Shown piece after piece: positions 30,542 through 41,711 of a stretch of 64,000 nucleotides of DNA. Origin of the DNA: Candidatus Aminicenantales bacterium (GTDB taxonomy: Bacteria; Acidobacteriota; Aminicenantia; Aminicenantales; Saccharicenantaceae); contig JBEKXF010000017.1 of NCBI GenBank assembly GCA_049512315.1, positions 1 to 64,000 on the forward strand. Reading direction: 5' to 3'. A model generated the notes under the pieces. The model made no database searches, was not told the origin of the DNA, and saw only the letters and a program-made list of their open reading frames with translations. The position numbers were made by a program, and so were the translations under genes. Each line of letters starts with the position of its first letter. The first letter of the stretch is position 1.

Positions 30542-33500
30542 ATGAATAAGTTTATTAAAGCTCTCTTCTTATCAGTATTGGGCATCGTCTTCCTAACGGC
30601 TTCTCTGGGCGCCCAAGCCCCGACGAGTAAGCTCCAGGGCACCGTGACCGATGGAGACGGCAATGCCCTTCCCGGCGTTTCGGTCGAGGGCACCAGCCCG
30701 AAGCTCATCAGCAAGGCCACCGCGGTGACGGACGCGAACGGCGCGTATCGTCTTTTGTCTTTGATCCCCGGCGTCTACAAGGTCAACTTCACGCTCCAGG
30801 GCTTCAAGTCTGTCTCCCGCAAGGACATCGTGCTACATATCGAGGAAACCCTTAAGCTCGACATTAAAATGGAGATCGGCACCCTCAACGAGCAAATCAC
30901 GGTTGTCGGCCATGCGCCCCTGATCGATGTCAAAAGCACGGTCAAGGGAATGACCATGACCAAGGAAACCTTCCAGATCCTGCCGAAGGGCCGGAACTTC
31001 GACACTCTGGTCACCGTGGTTGCCGGCGTCAATAACGAATCGCTGCTCAGCGGGATTTCCGTCGACGGCGCGTCCGGCGCGGAGAACATGTTCTACATCG
31101 ACGGCATGGACGTCACCAGCATGAGGTACGGGACACGCAGCCAGAGCGCGGCCTTCGAGTTCGTCGATGAGATCCAAATCAAGGCCAGTGGTTACGAAGC
31201 CGAATTCGGCGGCGCCTTGGGCGGCGTCGTTAACGTCATCACCCGCCAGGGCGGGAACGAGTACCACGGCGAGGTCCTCGGCTATTACAGCGGTTCCAGC
31301 CTGAACGGCAAGGAGCGGGACACCCTGCGACTGAACCCCTTTAACGACACCATAGCCGAATACGTCAATTATCAGGACCTTTATGGGAAGGACAAGACGA
31401 ACCAGATCGAGACCGGGTTCAGCCTCGGCGGCTACATCCTCAAGGATAGGTTGTGGTTCTTCGGCTCTTTCCTGCCCGTGTTCTCGCCCATCAAAAGACA
31501 CGTGGAATACCTGACGACACCCGTCGTCACGGGCGATTACAAGCAAACGAACGAGGCTTGGAACTTCCAGGCCAAACTCACGGCCCAGCCCTTCAGTTTC
31601 ATGCGCGTGGGCGTGTCCTACGTCAACAACTTCTCCAAGTACAAGGGCGACTTGCCGCCCCGCGACGGGACGGGAAGCCCGGATAACCCATGGGCGAACT
31701 TCGGCTGGAGCTATCCCAACTGGACGGCCACCGGGACCATGGATATGACCTTCGGCGGCAATTTCATGGTCAACGTCAGAGGCGGCGCGTTTTCCATCAA
31801 TACAACCAACCCGCTGCAGGCGCCGGACTCGCCCCGCTGGATGATAGGTGGAGACGGCACGGCATTTTACCCCGAGATCCCCGCGCAGTATCAGAGGCCT
31901 ATTGGCTATGAAAACAGGGGCCGGGTCTACCTGACGAAGGTCCAGCAGCGCTCCAGGTCCTACCTCGCAAGCGACTTCACTTATTTTCTCAACCTGGGCG
32001 GTGAGCACGCCTGGAAAGCCGGCGTGAGGTGGGAACGCAAGCAGGAAAACGTCGACAGCAGCGTCAATTTCCCGGAAGTTACTTTGAACTGGAACCGTCC
32101 CTGCATCCAGTTGGGGACCAACTATGGCGAGGGAGAATACGGCTATTATGTGGTCCACGGGAACGACGCGACCGGGCCCTTCGGCAGCTTTTACAACGTC
32201 TCCATGAACAGCTATTCGATCTACCTGCAGGATAGTTGGACGATCGCCAAAAGGTTCACCCTGAACCTCGGCGTCCGGTCGGAATATGAATACATCCCTT
32301 CGTACTCCGCTGATCCCTCCGTGAAGAACATCCGGCCGATCACGTTCGATTTCAAGGACAAGATCGCCCCCAGGGCCGGCTTCATTTGGGACGTGAAGGG
32401 CGACGCCAGCCTGAAGGTTTTCGGAAATTACGGCCTGTACATGGACACCTTCAAGCTCTACATGGCCGCCGACGCGTACGGCGGCTTCAAGAATAAAGCC
32501 GCCTATTATACGCTGGATAGTTACGAATGGGATCAAATCGGCATCAACAATAACTATCCCGGCACCCTCCTGGCCGTCATCGGTTCCCTCCAATGGAATG
32601 AGTTCGATAGCACAGACCCGAGCCTCAAGCCGATGAGCCAGGAGGAATTCACCCTGGGCGCCGATAAGATGATCATGGAGAATGTCTCCGCCTCGATCCG
32701 CGGCGTCTACAAGCACCTGCGCTACGCGATCGAGGACGTCGGCGTCATCGTTCCCGGCCTTGGCGAAATTTACTACACCACGAATCCTGGCTACGGGTTT
32801 TCCAGGCTGACTACTAACGGCGGAAAATTCGATCCGACGTATCCGGAAACGCCCAAAGCCAAGCGCGATTACTACGCCATTAACTTCACCCTGGACAAGA
32901 GACTCTCCAAGAATTGGCTGGCCAGCTTCTCCTACACCTGGAGCCGCCTGGTGGGCAACTACTCCGGCTTGGCCAGTTCCGACGAAGAAGGTCGTCTCGC
33001 GCCCTACGTCGAAAGGAACTTCGACCTCTGGAACATTTCCCGCGACTACAACCTCAATGAGCTTAAGGGAACCCTGCCCACCGACCGAACCCACTTCTTC
33101 AAGCTCTACGGCGCTTACATATTCCCGTTCCATCTGACCGTGGGCGCGGTCTTCAACGCTTACAGCGGCATCCCCGTCTCCGAGGTCTGGAACTATCTCG
33201 GCGCGGATTGTTATCCCTACAACAGAGGCTACATCAAGGACGACAGCGGGAACCTCGTGAAGAAACGGACCCCCTTCCTCTTTTTCGGCAACCTCTATGC
33301 CGCGTACGACCTGAAAATGGGCAGGAACACGCTACAATTCAATGTCAACGTCGACAACATGTTCAACATCAAGACGGCTACCAGGATCTATTCTTCGCGC
33401 TATCTCTATGGCCTGGACGTCACGGAAACCCAGGCGCTTGCCAAGAGCTGGACACCCGAAGGAGCCGGCGCTGTCAACAACGCCCAGTGGCTGAAGCAGT

Positions 33501-33553
33501 ACGGTTTCTACGCACCGATTTCCGCCCGGTTCGGAGTCAAGTTCATCTTCTAG
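30542..33553 (+). CDS. TonB-dependent receptor, Oar-like
   Basis: GTVTD..G.ALPGV carboxypeptidase-regulatory-like domain, AEFGGALGGVVNVITRQG plug, C-terminal RFGVKFIF. Confidence 0.9.
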   Translation: MNKFIKALFLSVLGIVFLTASLGAQAPTSKLQGTVTDGDGNALPGVSVEGTSPKLISKATAVTDANGAYRLLSLIPGVYKVNFTLQGFKSVSRKDIVLHIEETLKLDIKMEIGTLNEQITVVGHAPLIDVKSTVKGMTMTKETFQILPKGRNFDTLVTVVAGVNNESLLSGISVDGASGAENMFYIDGMDVTSMRYGTRSQSAAFEFVDEIQIKASGYEAEFGGALGGVVNVITRQGGNEYHGEVLGYYSGSSLNGKERDTLRLNPFNDTIAEYVNYQDLYGKDKTNQIETGFSLGGYILKDRLWFFGSFLPVFSPIKRHVEYLTTPVVTGDYKQTNEAWNFQAKLTAQPFSFMRVGVSYVNNFSKYKGDLPPRDGTGSPDNPWANFGWSYPNWTATGTMDMTFGGNFMVNVRGGAFSINTTNPLQAPDSPRWMIGGDGTAFYPEIPAQYQRPIGYENRGRVYLTKVQQRSRSYLASDFTYFLNLGGEHAWKAGVRWERKQENVDSSVNFPEVTLNWNRPCIQLGTNYGEGEYGYYVVHGNDATGPFGSFYNVSMNSYSIYLQDSWTIAKRFTLNLGVRSEYEYIPSYSADPSVKNIRPITFDFKDKIAPRAGFIWDVKGDASLKVFGNYGLYMDTFKLYMAADAYGGFKNKAAYYTLDSYEWDQIGINNNYPGTLLAVIGSLQWNEFDSTDPSLKPMSQEEFTLGADKMIMENVSASIRGVYKHLRYAIEDVGVIVPGLGEIYYTTNPGYGFSRLTTNGGKFDPTYPETPKAKRDYYAINFTLDKRLSKNWLASFSYTWSRLVGNYSGLASSDEEGRLAPYVERNFDLWNISRDYNLNELKGTLPTDRTHFFKLYGAYIFPFHLTVGAVFNAYSGIPVSEVWNYLGADCYPYNRGYIKDDSGNLVKKRTPFLFFGNLYAAYDLKMGRNTLQFNVNVDNMFNIKTATRIYSSRYLYGLDVTETQALAKSWTPEGAGAVNNAQWLKQYGFYAPISARFGVKFIF

Positions 33554-33577
33554 TTCGAGCTCACAAGATCAACGCTC

Positions 33578-33613
33578 AAACCCGCCTCCCCAAACGGGGA
33601 GGCGGGTTTTTTT
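33578..33613 (+). terminator. Intrinsic terminator
   Basis: AAACCCGCCTCCCC-AAAC-GGGGAGGCGGGTTTTTTT. Confidence 0.85.
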
Positions 33614-33666
33614 CTGCCTCCCGTCCGCTTGACTGTTCTCCCCTAAATTAGGTATATTGTCCTCGC

Positions 33667-35895
33667 ATGGCGAGCCGGAAAAAGCGCAGGAAGAGGAAAT
33701 CAAAGAACCCGGAACTCTTTTCTCAAGCCGCATCCGCCCCTAAAATGGGTGCCGACCCCGTCCCGAAGCCGCGAAACCATTTTAGGCTTCTTGTTTTCGC
33801 CGCTTTATTCGTTGTGATCGCAGGGTTCATCGTCGTTTTTCGTTCCATCCGACACCCGGCCGCCGTGAAAAAGGACCCCGGCCTCAACGTCCTGATCATC
33901 ACGCTGGACACCACCAGAGCCGACCGCCTTGGATGCTATGGTTATCCTAAAGCCAGCACGCCCAGCCTGGACGCCCTGGCCGCCGGCGGCGTCCGCTTCG
34001 AGAACGCGACCTGTCAGGTCCCGTTGACCGGGCCCTCCCACTGCTCCCTGTTCACCGGGGCCTATCCTTTTGTCCATCAGGTCCATAACAATGGAAGCTA
34101 CATCCTCCCGCCTGAGATCCAGACCCTCGCCGACACGCTGAAGGCCTCGGGAAGGGCCACGGCCGCGTTCGTGAGCTCCTTCAGCGTCGATTCACGCTTC
34201 GGCCTGGGCCGAGGGTTCGACATCTACGACGACGATTTCGCCGCCGGACAGCCTTTCAAGTCTCTGAACGCGCAACGCCGGGCCGACGAGGTCTACGCCC
34301 CCTTTGCCCGATGGCTGAATGAACACAAGGCGGACCGGTTCTTCGCCTGGGTCCATTTTTTCGATCCGCATTTCCCCTACGATCCGCCTTCACCCTACAA
34401 GGAGAGGTTCGCCTCCGATCCCTACGACGGCGAGATCGCCTTCATGGATGAACACGTGGGGAAGATCGTCGGCAAGCTCAGGGATAACGGTATTCTCCAG
34501 CGGACATTGATCATCATCGCCGGGGACCACGGAGAAGCGTTCGGCGAAAAAGAAGAAAAAGGACACGGCGTCTTCCTCTATGAACAGACGATGAGAGTCC
34601 CCCTCATCTTCTATGCCGAAAACCGCCTCCCCCGCGGCCGGGTCGTCGGAAGCCGGGTAAGGCTCATCGACATCCCGGCTTCCGTGCTGGACATGCTCGG
34701 CCTGCCGGGCCTTAAGGACTCCCAGGGAACGAGCCTGCTCCCCTACATCCAGGGAAAGAGGAAGGACGACCAAAGCTCCTACATCGAAACGTATTATCCC
34801 CGGGAGAATTACGGCTGGTCGGAGCTCGTGGGCCTCCTGCGGGGGGAATGGAAATACATCCGGGCACCCCGCGAGGAACTCTACGACCTCAAGCAGGACC
34901 CGAAGGAAGAAAAGAACCTGGCCGGGGCCAGACCTGACATCGTCCGCGACATGGGCGCCGGCCTGGACAAGCTCGTCCGAGAATACCCGTCACCTTCAAG
35001 GGCCGAAAAAAAGACCTTGACCGGCGAAGAGTCCGAGCGTCTCCGCTCCCTGGGTTATGTGGCCACGGCTGACGGTCTGTCCGGCAAGACCCTCCCCGAC
35101 CCCAAGGACCAGACGGATGAACTCCGGCTCATTAGGCAGGCTGAGGAAACCGAGGCCGCCGGGGACCTTCTCGAAGCCGCCGCCGCCCGCCAACGGATCC
35201 TCGCCATGCGGCCTGAGGTAGCTTCAAGCTACGTCAACCTGGCGTACGTCCAGGCGCGGATGATGAAATTCGATGATGTCGTTCAGACCCTCGAACAGGG
35301 ACTTGCCCGGGTCCCGGATTCCGAAGTCCTTCTCCTGCGCCTGGGCAACACTTTCATGGTCACAGGCCGGGTAAGAAAGGCTCTGGAAGCTTTCGCCCGG
35401 GTATTGAAGACCAATCCCCGAAGTTTTGATGCCCTCCTGGCCTCGGCGTTGATGCTGGACGCCATCGGCCAGAAGACGGATGCTCTGGCCTATTATCGGA
35501 ACGCTCTCCAAATCGAACCGGAGAACCGCTATGGGCGGACGGGTTACGCCCAAAGCCTCTCGGCAACGGGACGGCTCGGGGACGCGATCCAGATCTACGA
35601 AGATCTCATCCGTGACCATCCGGACGACCCTGCGGTCCTTCAGGACCTCGGGATCACCTATTCTTATGCGGGGAACCTGTCCCGGTCCATCGAATGCCTC
35701 GAGAAAGCGATCAGCCTCCGGCCCACGCCCGTGGCCTACTTCAACCTGGCCAGGGCCATGGTCAAACAAGGGAAGATCGGGGACGCCGTGCGCTATCTCA
35801 AGCTCTACCTCGAAAACCCAGAGGGCGAGAGCGAGCAGACCGTCGCCCAGGCCAGGGCCGAGCTCCAAAAGCTGGAACAATACGCCGGCCGCTGA
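33667..35895 (+). CDS. Sulfatase-like hydrolase/transferase with C-terminal TPRs
   Basis: ITLDTTRAD, TGPSH.SLFTG, FDPH.PY, GDHGE and ELYDL..DP.E motifs; N-terminal TM anchor. Confidence 0.88.
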   Translation: MASRKKRRKRKSKNPELFSQAASAPKMGADPVPKPRNHFRLLVFAALFVVIAGFIVVFRSIRHPAAVKKDPGLNVLIITLDTTRADRLGCYGYPKASTPSLDALAAGGVRFENATCQVPLTGPSHCSLFTGAYPFVHQVHNNGSYILPPEIQTLADTLKASGRATAAFVSSFSVDSRFGLGRGFDIYDDDFAAGQPFKSLNAQRRADEVYAPFARWLNEHKADRFFAWVHFFDPHFPYDPPSPYKERFASDPYDGEIAFMDEHVGKIVGKLRDNGILQRTLIIIAGDHGEAFGEKEEKGHGVFLYEQTMRVPLIFYAENRLPRGRVVGSRVRLIDIPASVLDMLGLPGLKDSQGTSLLPYIQGKRKDDQSSYIETYYPRENYGWSELVGLLRGEWKYIRAPREELYDLKQDPKEEKNLAGARPDIVRDMGAGLDKLVREYPSPSRAEKKTLTGEESERLRSLGYVATADGLSGKTLPDPKDQTDELRLIRQAEETEAAGDLLEAAAARQRILAMRPEVASSYVNLAYVQARMMKFDDVVQTLEQGLARVPDSEVLLLRLGNTFMVTGRVRKALEAFARVLKTNPRSFDALLASALMLDAIGQKTDALAYYRNALQIEPENRYGRTGYAQSLSATGRLGDAIQIYEDLIRDHPDDPAVLQDLGITYSYAGNLSRSIECLEKAISLRPTPVAYFNLARAMVKQGKIGDAVRYLKLYLENPEGESEQTVAQARAELQKLEQYAGR

Positions 35896-36161
35896 AAACC
35901 TCACATCAGAGGTAGGGCATTGATCCGGGGCAGACCAAATCCGCTCGATTATGGATCGCTATCATCTCGGGGAATTTTCCTCATAAGATGGGCTTTTTTT
36001 TCAGAGGACGGAACTGACCTCAGAGCAGGTTAACACCTTGAATCGGCTGAAAATAAGCCATTTGCCATCCGTCGATAGCGTCCGGATAAGTACATAAAAC
36101 CAAAGGCGCACACCAAATTTTCAAATTTGCTATAAACTCTTGATATTATTGGAGAAGAAAA

Positions 36162-37019
36162 CTATCGCTTACCTATGACTGTCGAACCCGAACGAAATTT
36201 ACTTGGGGGGACGTTTCTATATTTTTTATAGATCCTCGAAAAATAGAAAGGATCGACATATCCAATCTTCTCCGCCACCTCTGCTATTAAAAGATGCGGT
36301 GACGTCCGGAAATATTCCTCAGCCTTATCGAACCGCCTGTTCAGAAGTGCTTCCTTGAAACTCATATTCAGTTTCGTGCGGAATAAATGGGAGACAGCCG
36401 AATGGCTGCGGCTGACAAACAAAGCCACATCATCGAGTTGAATAGCCTGATCGATGTGGGCGTCGATATACGATAGGATCTTATTCAAGACAAAGTCTCC
36501 CTTGGCACTGATCATTTGTTGGGAGACAATATAATGGACTAGAAAGGAGAACAATCCTATGATGTGCGTTTCCTTGTCTTTGGAATAATAAGGGAGCCGC
36601 ATATAGGCAGCCATGAGCTCGGAGGAATTCGGATATCTCCGAACCCATTCTTTCATCACGTCCTTGGGGATGTTGGCGTTTTGCCGGTATTGTCCGAATC
36701 CGACATAGCCTATTAAGTGCCCGCCATTGGTGATGGGCGTCACGACGTCTTTGAGACCTGCATGACATAAATAGTGAACGGTCCCGCTTTGCGTTTTTGC
36801 CATATCCCGACCTTTTCGATCAATCTCCACGCAGGCCTCCCTCCTGCCCAACCTAGTTTGGATGAGATGGCAATAACGGGAATTTTGCCGATCAAGACCG
36901 ACCTTGATGACCTTCCCTTCCAGTGAATAGAACAGAATCCTCGTATTGAAGATGGAGCTGAAATAATCAAAGATCGTCTGGACTTCTTTTGTAAAGATAA
37001 GCTCGAGGCTATGCTCCAT
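36162..37019 (-). CDS. AraC-family regulator with PocR ligand-binding domain
   Basis: YLCHAGL sensor motif and IAEVAEKIGY.DPFYFSR HTH. Confidence 0.88.
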   Translation of the reverse strand: MEHSLELIFTKEVQTIFDYFSSIFNTRILFYSLEGKVIKVGLDRQNSRYCHLIQTRLGRREACVEIDRKGRDMAKTQSGTVHYLCHAGLKDVVTPITNGGHLIGYVGFGQYRQNANIPKDVMKEWVRRYPNSSELMAAYMRLPYYSKDKETHIIGLFSFLVHYIVSQQMISAKGDFVLNKILSYIDAHIDQAIQLDDVALFVSRSHSAVSHLFRTKLNMSFKEALLNRRFDKAEEYFRTSPHLLIAEVAEKIGYVDPFYFSRIYKKYRNVPPSKFRSGSTVIGKR

Positions 37020-37064
37020 TAGCAGACTCTATTTTCTATCTTATCAGATATCCCTTGATGACAG

Positions 37065-37480
37065 AAGTGGCGCCCCCGTTCAAACCGTGCGTGCGATTTT
37101 CGCGCACACAGCTTTCCGATGGCCTTTTATGTCGCTACTTTACGCCGCCTCAGGATACTCGACGGTCCCGGGCAGTCGATAAAGCCCGAGCGCATCGAAA
37201 AAGTCGTAAGTCCAGGCTACCGCCTCTAGAGCCTGCATAAAGCGGCCTTTCCGCCGGATCTGGAACCGCTTTAGCCGCCACCGTCCATGTGGAAAAACTT
37301 CTTCGCCGCGTTTCCCGTACGGAAGTGGTTGCCCCATCCGGGCAAAACCGGGTTTATGTGCTGTATATCGGCATCCAAAACATGATTTCCCCTGCAAGCC
37401 GCCTGTCTGCGGATCTCCTGAAAGGTTATGGTGCTAAAGCGTTCAGCCTTCGGGTGGCCAAGTGTCCGTCGGCTGGACAG
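37065..37480 (-). mobile_element. Group II intron 3' relic (maturase fragment plus domain V)
   Basis: Minus strand GGAAAGCTGTGTGCGCGAAAATCGCACGCACGGTTTGAACGGGGGC is domain V; INPVL.GWGNHFRTGNAAK.F..MD is a maturase motif. Confidence 0.8.
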
Positions 37481-37484
37481 ACAA

Positions 37485-37775
37485 CGCCGAAAATCCCACC
37501 GACTTCCGAGCTGGAGCGTGATAAAGCACGGGATCAGCATTTTCCGGGGGAATCCACGTGGCGCACCGAGAGCCGTGCTGCTGAAAATGGCATTCATCCT
37601 CGAACCACAAGTTAACGTCCTCTCTTCAGGCAAGTTTTCAGAGTTTTTTATAGGTCGCCTTCGCCTCGGGATCGGCCATGGCGATTAAGGACCACGGTTT
37701 CCTCCAACGAGATCCGCATCCGTGATTTCCAAACGACGCATGACGGCCTCTTTATAAAGTCCATCATGCCAGATG
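37485..37775 (-). mobile_element. IS630-family transposase relic
   Basis: ADPEAKATYKKL with an A6 slip site, then LWFEDECHFQQHGSRCATWIP...HAP.RKSV; internally deleted. Confidence 0.7.
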
Positions 37776-38173
37776 CCAGAATAAATCCTTATGCGCAATT
37801 ATTAATGACGGTTTATATAATGACACAAAAATCAGATATTCGGTCAACTCGTCAAATGATTTGACACGGACCCACAATTCCGGAAATAGCGGACAGGCTG
37901 TCCTTCGCTCAATAAGACTCGGTTCGCCCATTAGCCGGTCAGCTTAGGGGGCGTCCGAGCTATCTAAAGAAAGATGTTGACAATCGGGTTCATAATGCAA
38001 TATTTTGAATGCGTGTTAGGTATCAAGAATTCATTCATAGTGTCCTGCGAGGGGCCTTTCAGCGGATTTATATCCGAATCAAAATCAGCGGACAAGATAT
38101 TTCGCGGTTTCTCTTCCCCGTTTCAGCGCGGATTGGAAAACCCTTATTCCAATTATTCCATGGAGAAAAACCC

Positions 38174-39343
38174 ATGCCAAAGAAACGCACGATTCTGATC
38201 CTGACCCTGATCGCATGTTGTTACGGCGTCGCTTGGAAGACAGAAGGCGATGCTCAAGAAGCTCAGGGAAGAAGCTATACAGACAAAGGTTTTGTATGGC
38301 TTAAGGAATATCCCATTTTCTTCCGTGAACGGCATGCAATTCCGGGCGGGCTAGCTTGGGACCGGCATTCCTACTTTGGACATTACGTGTGGGAAAACCC
38401 GGACAGCCCATTTTATGACAGGCATTATGTTGGCATGACGGTGGTCCTGTTCAAGCCGGCGTACCCCGGAGAGAATATGAATCGTGGCAATATCATTTAT
38501 CAATATTCCATTTCCCAAGGAAACAACTGCGATTTCGGCCAAAACTGGGTCCATGGCGAATTCGTCCCTCCGGGCAAGACGATGCAGTGGATCATAGCGG
38601 CGACGGGAAAGAATGCCGGTGTCAAGGCTGAGGGGATATGGCATTGGGACTGGCCCCAAAACCGCAATTGGGTTCCGCCCCCGACGCCGAAGGGCTTCGA
38701 TTACCCGAACGCGGAGGAGTTTTACTATGAACTCCCGGACCCTAAGGCTGGGCCTGTACCCGAAGATAGCATGTCTCCCGTTTATTGGATCGAAGCTCCG
38801 CCCTTCGGGCTCGGAACGCCCGCCGAACGCGCCGGCAAAATACCCAAGCCCGCCACGGTCGCGCCCGCCCACAGCAAGAGGATAGATGAAAAGGGATATG
38901 TTCTGGTGAAAGAACTCCCCGATCTGAACCAGCGGCAAGCCTTCCCAGGTGCGGCCGGGTTCGAGCAGGTCACTTTCACCGGCGTTTACAAATCCATGAA
39001 CCCGGACAGCCCGTTGCAGGACAGACCGCTCTCGGGTATGATCTTGACCCTCTTCAAACCGAACAGACCGCTTGACAAAAAGGACCCATCCAACATCGTT
39101 TGTCAATATGTGAGTGTCCAGACGGGAGAGAAGGAAGGTGACCAAATCTGGCTCTGGGGCCAGTTCATCCCCCCTCAAAAGCCGGTGTATACGCTCAAAG
39201 TTGCAACGGGGAAATTCGAGGGCCTCATGGGCGAGGGGACGTGGTATTTTCTCTGGCCCAAAGGCTGGAAAAAGCCCCAGGAGCCTACTGGCTACGACTA
39301 CGCAGTCGCTCATGAATTCATCCTTGATTTTCCGATTAAGTGA
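38174..39343 (+). CDS. Secreted hypothetical protein with two homologous domains
   Basis: Signal peptide; NPDSP..DR...GM...LFKP / ATGK..G..GEG.W..WP / G.DY..A.EF occurs twice. Confidence 0.75.
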   Translation: MPKKRTILILTLIACCYGVAWKTEGDAQEAQGRSYTDKGFVWLKEYPIFFRERHAIPGGLAWDRHSYFGHYVWENPDSPFYDRHYVGMTVVLFKPAYPGENMNRGNIIYQYSISQGNNCDFGQNWVHGEFVPPGKTMQWIIAATGKNAGVKAEGIWHWDWPQNRNWVPPPTPKGFDYPNAEEFYYELPDPKAGPVPEDSMSPVYWIEAPPFGLGTPAERAGKIPKPATVAPAHSKRIDEKGYVLVKELPDLNQRQAFPGAAGFEQVTFTGVYKSMNPDSPLQDRPLSGMILTLFKPNRPLDKKDPSNIVCQYVSVQTGEKEGDQIWLWGQFIPPQKPVYTLKVATGKFEGLMGEGTWYFLWPKGWKKPQEPTGYDYAVAHEFILDFPIK

Positions 39344-39439
39344 GACAGAGGGAGACGCCGAAGAACATCGGCTTTGACGCGGCCTGCCAGACCGAACCCA
39401 TCGGTAGTGCTAGGAAAGGGATGATTCACTCTTCTGAAA

Positions 39440-39738
39440 CCGAAGTTGGAGACGATGTCGGCGGAATCGGGATATACTGCCTGACGGTGGCCAAGGCGGC
39501 CGACGCTGACCGCTTGATCGCCGTCGACGTTAGCGATCGCGCGCTCTCCTTGGCCAAACAGATGAACGCTGCGCACACGATCAATTCGTCGCAAGGCGAC
39601 GTTCACGCGGCCATTCGTGACAGCCTCCCAAGGGGGCTGAACGTTATCGTCGATGCCGCCGGCCTCAATTCCGCCGTCAATCTGATGCTGAGCCTGACAT
39701 CTTTTGTGCCCTTGATTTACCATCCCTCACGATGTTAG
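39440..39738 (+). pseudogene. Zinc-binding alcohol dehydrogenase fragment
   Basis: VGGIG...AKAA....IAVD....LSLAKQM.A.HTIN...VIVDAAG Rossmann fragment only. Confidence 0.6.
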
Positions 39739-39816
39739 GTTATTCAAGCGAATATTCCTGGGTGCTTCCGCCTTGTAACAATGCTTTCCCCGATTAATTA
39801 AAAAGGAGCACGAAAA

Positions 39817-41448
39817 ATGAAAATTATAAAAAATACAAGTCGGATTTTGATGATGGTACTCTTGCCGTTTTCTGTATTCCGGCAGTGCTTCCCGTGCACT
39901 TCCATATTGGTGACCAAGGGCGCGTCCGCAGATGGATCAGTCATCATTACCTATTCCTGCGACGGAGAATTTCTTGCTCGGCTGCAACTCTATCCGGCCG
40001 CAGACTTCGGACCGGGCAAAAAAATTGAAATCATGGGATTCGGGGGCAAGCGCGGCGAGATTCCTCAGGTTGCCCATACCTACAGAGTCATCGGCCTCAT
40101 GAATGAATTCCAAGTGGCCATCGGGGAAACGACCTTTGACGGCCGCCTGGACCTGGTGAACCCGGACGGCCTGCTTTCTTATGATGATTTGATGGTCATT
40201 TCGCTGCAGCGGGCCAAGACAGCCCGAGAGGCCATCAAAGTCATGACGGAGTTGGCTGACGAATACGGCTACGCCAGCACGGGGGAATCCTTTTCCATCG
40301 GCGACAAGAAAGAAGCCTGGATTCTGGAAATGATCGGAACAGGGAACGGAGGACAGGGCGTCGTTTGGGTGGCGCAGAGAGTCCCGGACGGCATGATCTG
40401 TGCTCATGCCAACATGTCACGTATCGGGGAATTTCCGCTGAACGACCATGAAAATTGCCTTTATTCGAAAAATGTCATCTCCTTTGCCGTGGACAAAGGC
40501 TTTTACAACCCAAAGAATGGACCTTTTAATTTTTCACTGGCCTACAATCCCCCAAGCGAGGAGCAGGTCAAATACTCCTGCCGGCGGGTCTGGAGTATTT
40601 TCCGTCGAGCTGCGCCGTCGTCGAATCTTTCCCCCGACTTCAGCTCCTCGTTCAAAAACGCTAAGCCCTATCCGCTCTGGATCAAGCCGGACAGCAAGCT
40701 TTCTGTTCGGGATGTCATGGCCCTGCATCGGGATCATTATGAGGGAACCGTCTTTGACATGACCAAGGATCTCACCGCCGGACCTTTCGGAGCGCCGGAC
40801 CGCTGGCGACCCATCACCTGGGATGTAGACGGAAATGGGTATTCGTGGGAGCGGCCGATTTCGACCCAGCAGGTTGCGTTCATTTTCGCCTCTCAAGCAA
40901 GGTCCGCCGTTCCGGACTCCGTGGGCGGGGTCTTCTGGTATGGAATGGATAACCCCTTCACCAATTTCTTTGTTCCTCTCTACACCACCATTACGGAATT
41001 ACCCGAGGCCTACACCAAGGGTTCCATCCAATCCTTCAGCCGGGATTCCGCCTGGTGGACGTTCAATTTTGTCGCAAATTACGCTAACTTGCGATACAAC
41101 GACATGATTCTTGATATTCAGAAAGTCCAGAAGGAAATCGAGGATTTGGAATTCAGCCTTCAACCGATCCTCGAACAAAATGCGTTGAACCTGCTGAGCA
41201 CCCATCCGCAGATGATTCCGGCTTTCCTAACGCAGTACTGCGTATCCAACGCCCAGATGAACCTGGATCGATGGTGGAAGCTGGCCGAGTTTCTTATAAC
41301 CAAGTATAATGACGGCTATGTTCAAGATGAGAAAGGGGATCCCCGGGAGGTCGGCTATCCCGAAAAATGGCTGAGAGTTGAACTGAAGAAGAATCCCGAA
41401 AAATTCATTCTCAAGGATAAGCGACGTGGGGAAAAAGAGCTCTACTAG
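39817..41448 (+). CDS. Peptidase C69 family dipeptidase
   Basis: CTSILVTKGASADGS N-terminal nucleophile, MNEFQVAIGETTF and ERPIS motifs. Confidence 0.9.
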   Translation: MKIIKNTSRILMMVLLPFSVFRQCFPCTSILVTKGASADGSVIITYSCDGEFLARLQLYPAADFGPGKKIEIMGFGGKRGEIPQVAHTYRVIGLMNEFQVAIGETTFDGRLDLVNPDGLLSYDDLMVISLQRAKTAREAIKVMTELADEYGYASTGESFSIGDKKEAWILEMIGTGNGGQGVVWVAQRVPDGMICAHANMSRIGEFPLNDHENCLYSKNVISFAVDKGFYNPKNGPFNFSLAYNPPSEEQVKYSCRRVWSIFRRAAPSSNLSPDFSSSFKNAKPYPLWIKPDSKLSVRDVMALHRDHYEGTVFDMTKDLTAGPFGAPDRWRPITWDVDGNGYSWERPISTQQVAFIFASQARSAVPDSVGGVFWYGMDNPFTNFFVPLYTTITELPEAYTKGSIQSFSRDSAWWTFNFVANYANLRYNDMILDIQKVQKEIEDLEFSLQPILEQNALNLLSTHPQMIPAFLTQYCVSNAQMNLDRWWKLAEFLITKYNDGYVQDEKGDPREVGYPEKWLRVELKKNPEKFILKDKRRGEKELY

Positions 41449-41711
41449 CCCGCCCGGCGTATTTTTTGAAAAGGCTTTAGATCAGGTCTTCAGTTATGTG
41501 GCTGTCCCGAGTTTTCTGCCAATGAATAGGCAAGGGTTCTCCCCCAGCAGAAGGAAGCGGCATGCGTTGCTTTGGCCACCGCTTCAGGAACCGGGCAGTC
41601 TCTTCAGGCGTTCGGAGCTGGCGAGCCAAGGGCGAACTGGATTTAAACCTTATCTGATCTCTGAGGCAAGAACCTTAAGGCTATATTTTGTCGGGCGATG
41701 ATAACAGGGGC

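Noticed and set aside
37065..37480. RT-related sequence as a retron or diversity-generating retroelement
   Set aside because: Only a frameshifted maturase tail and intron domain V remain; no RT catalytic core or template/variable repeat pair was seen.
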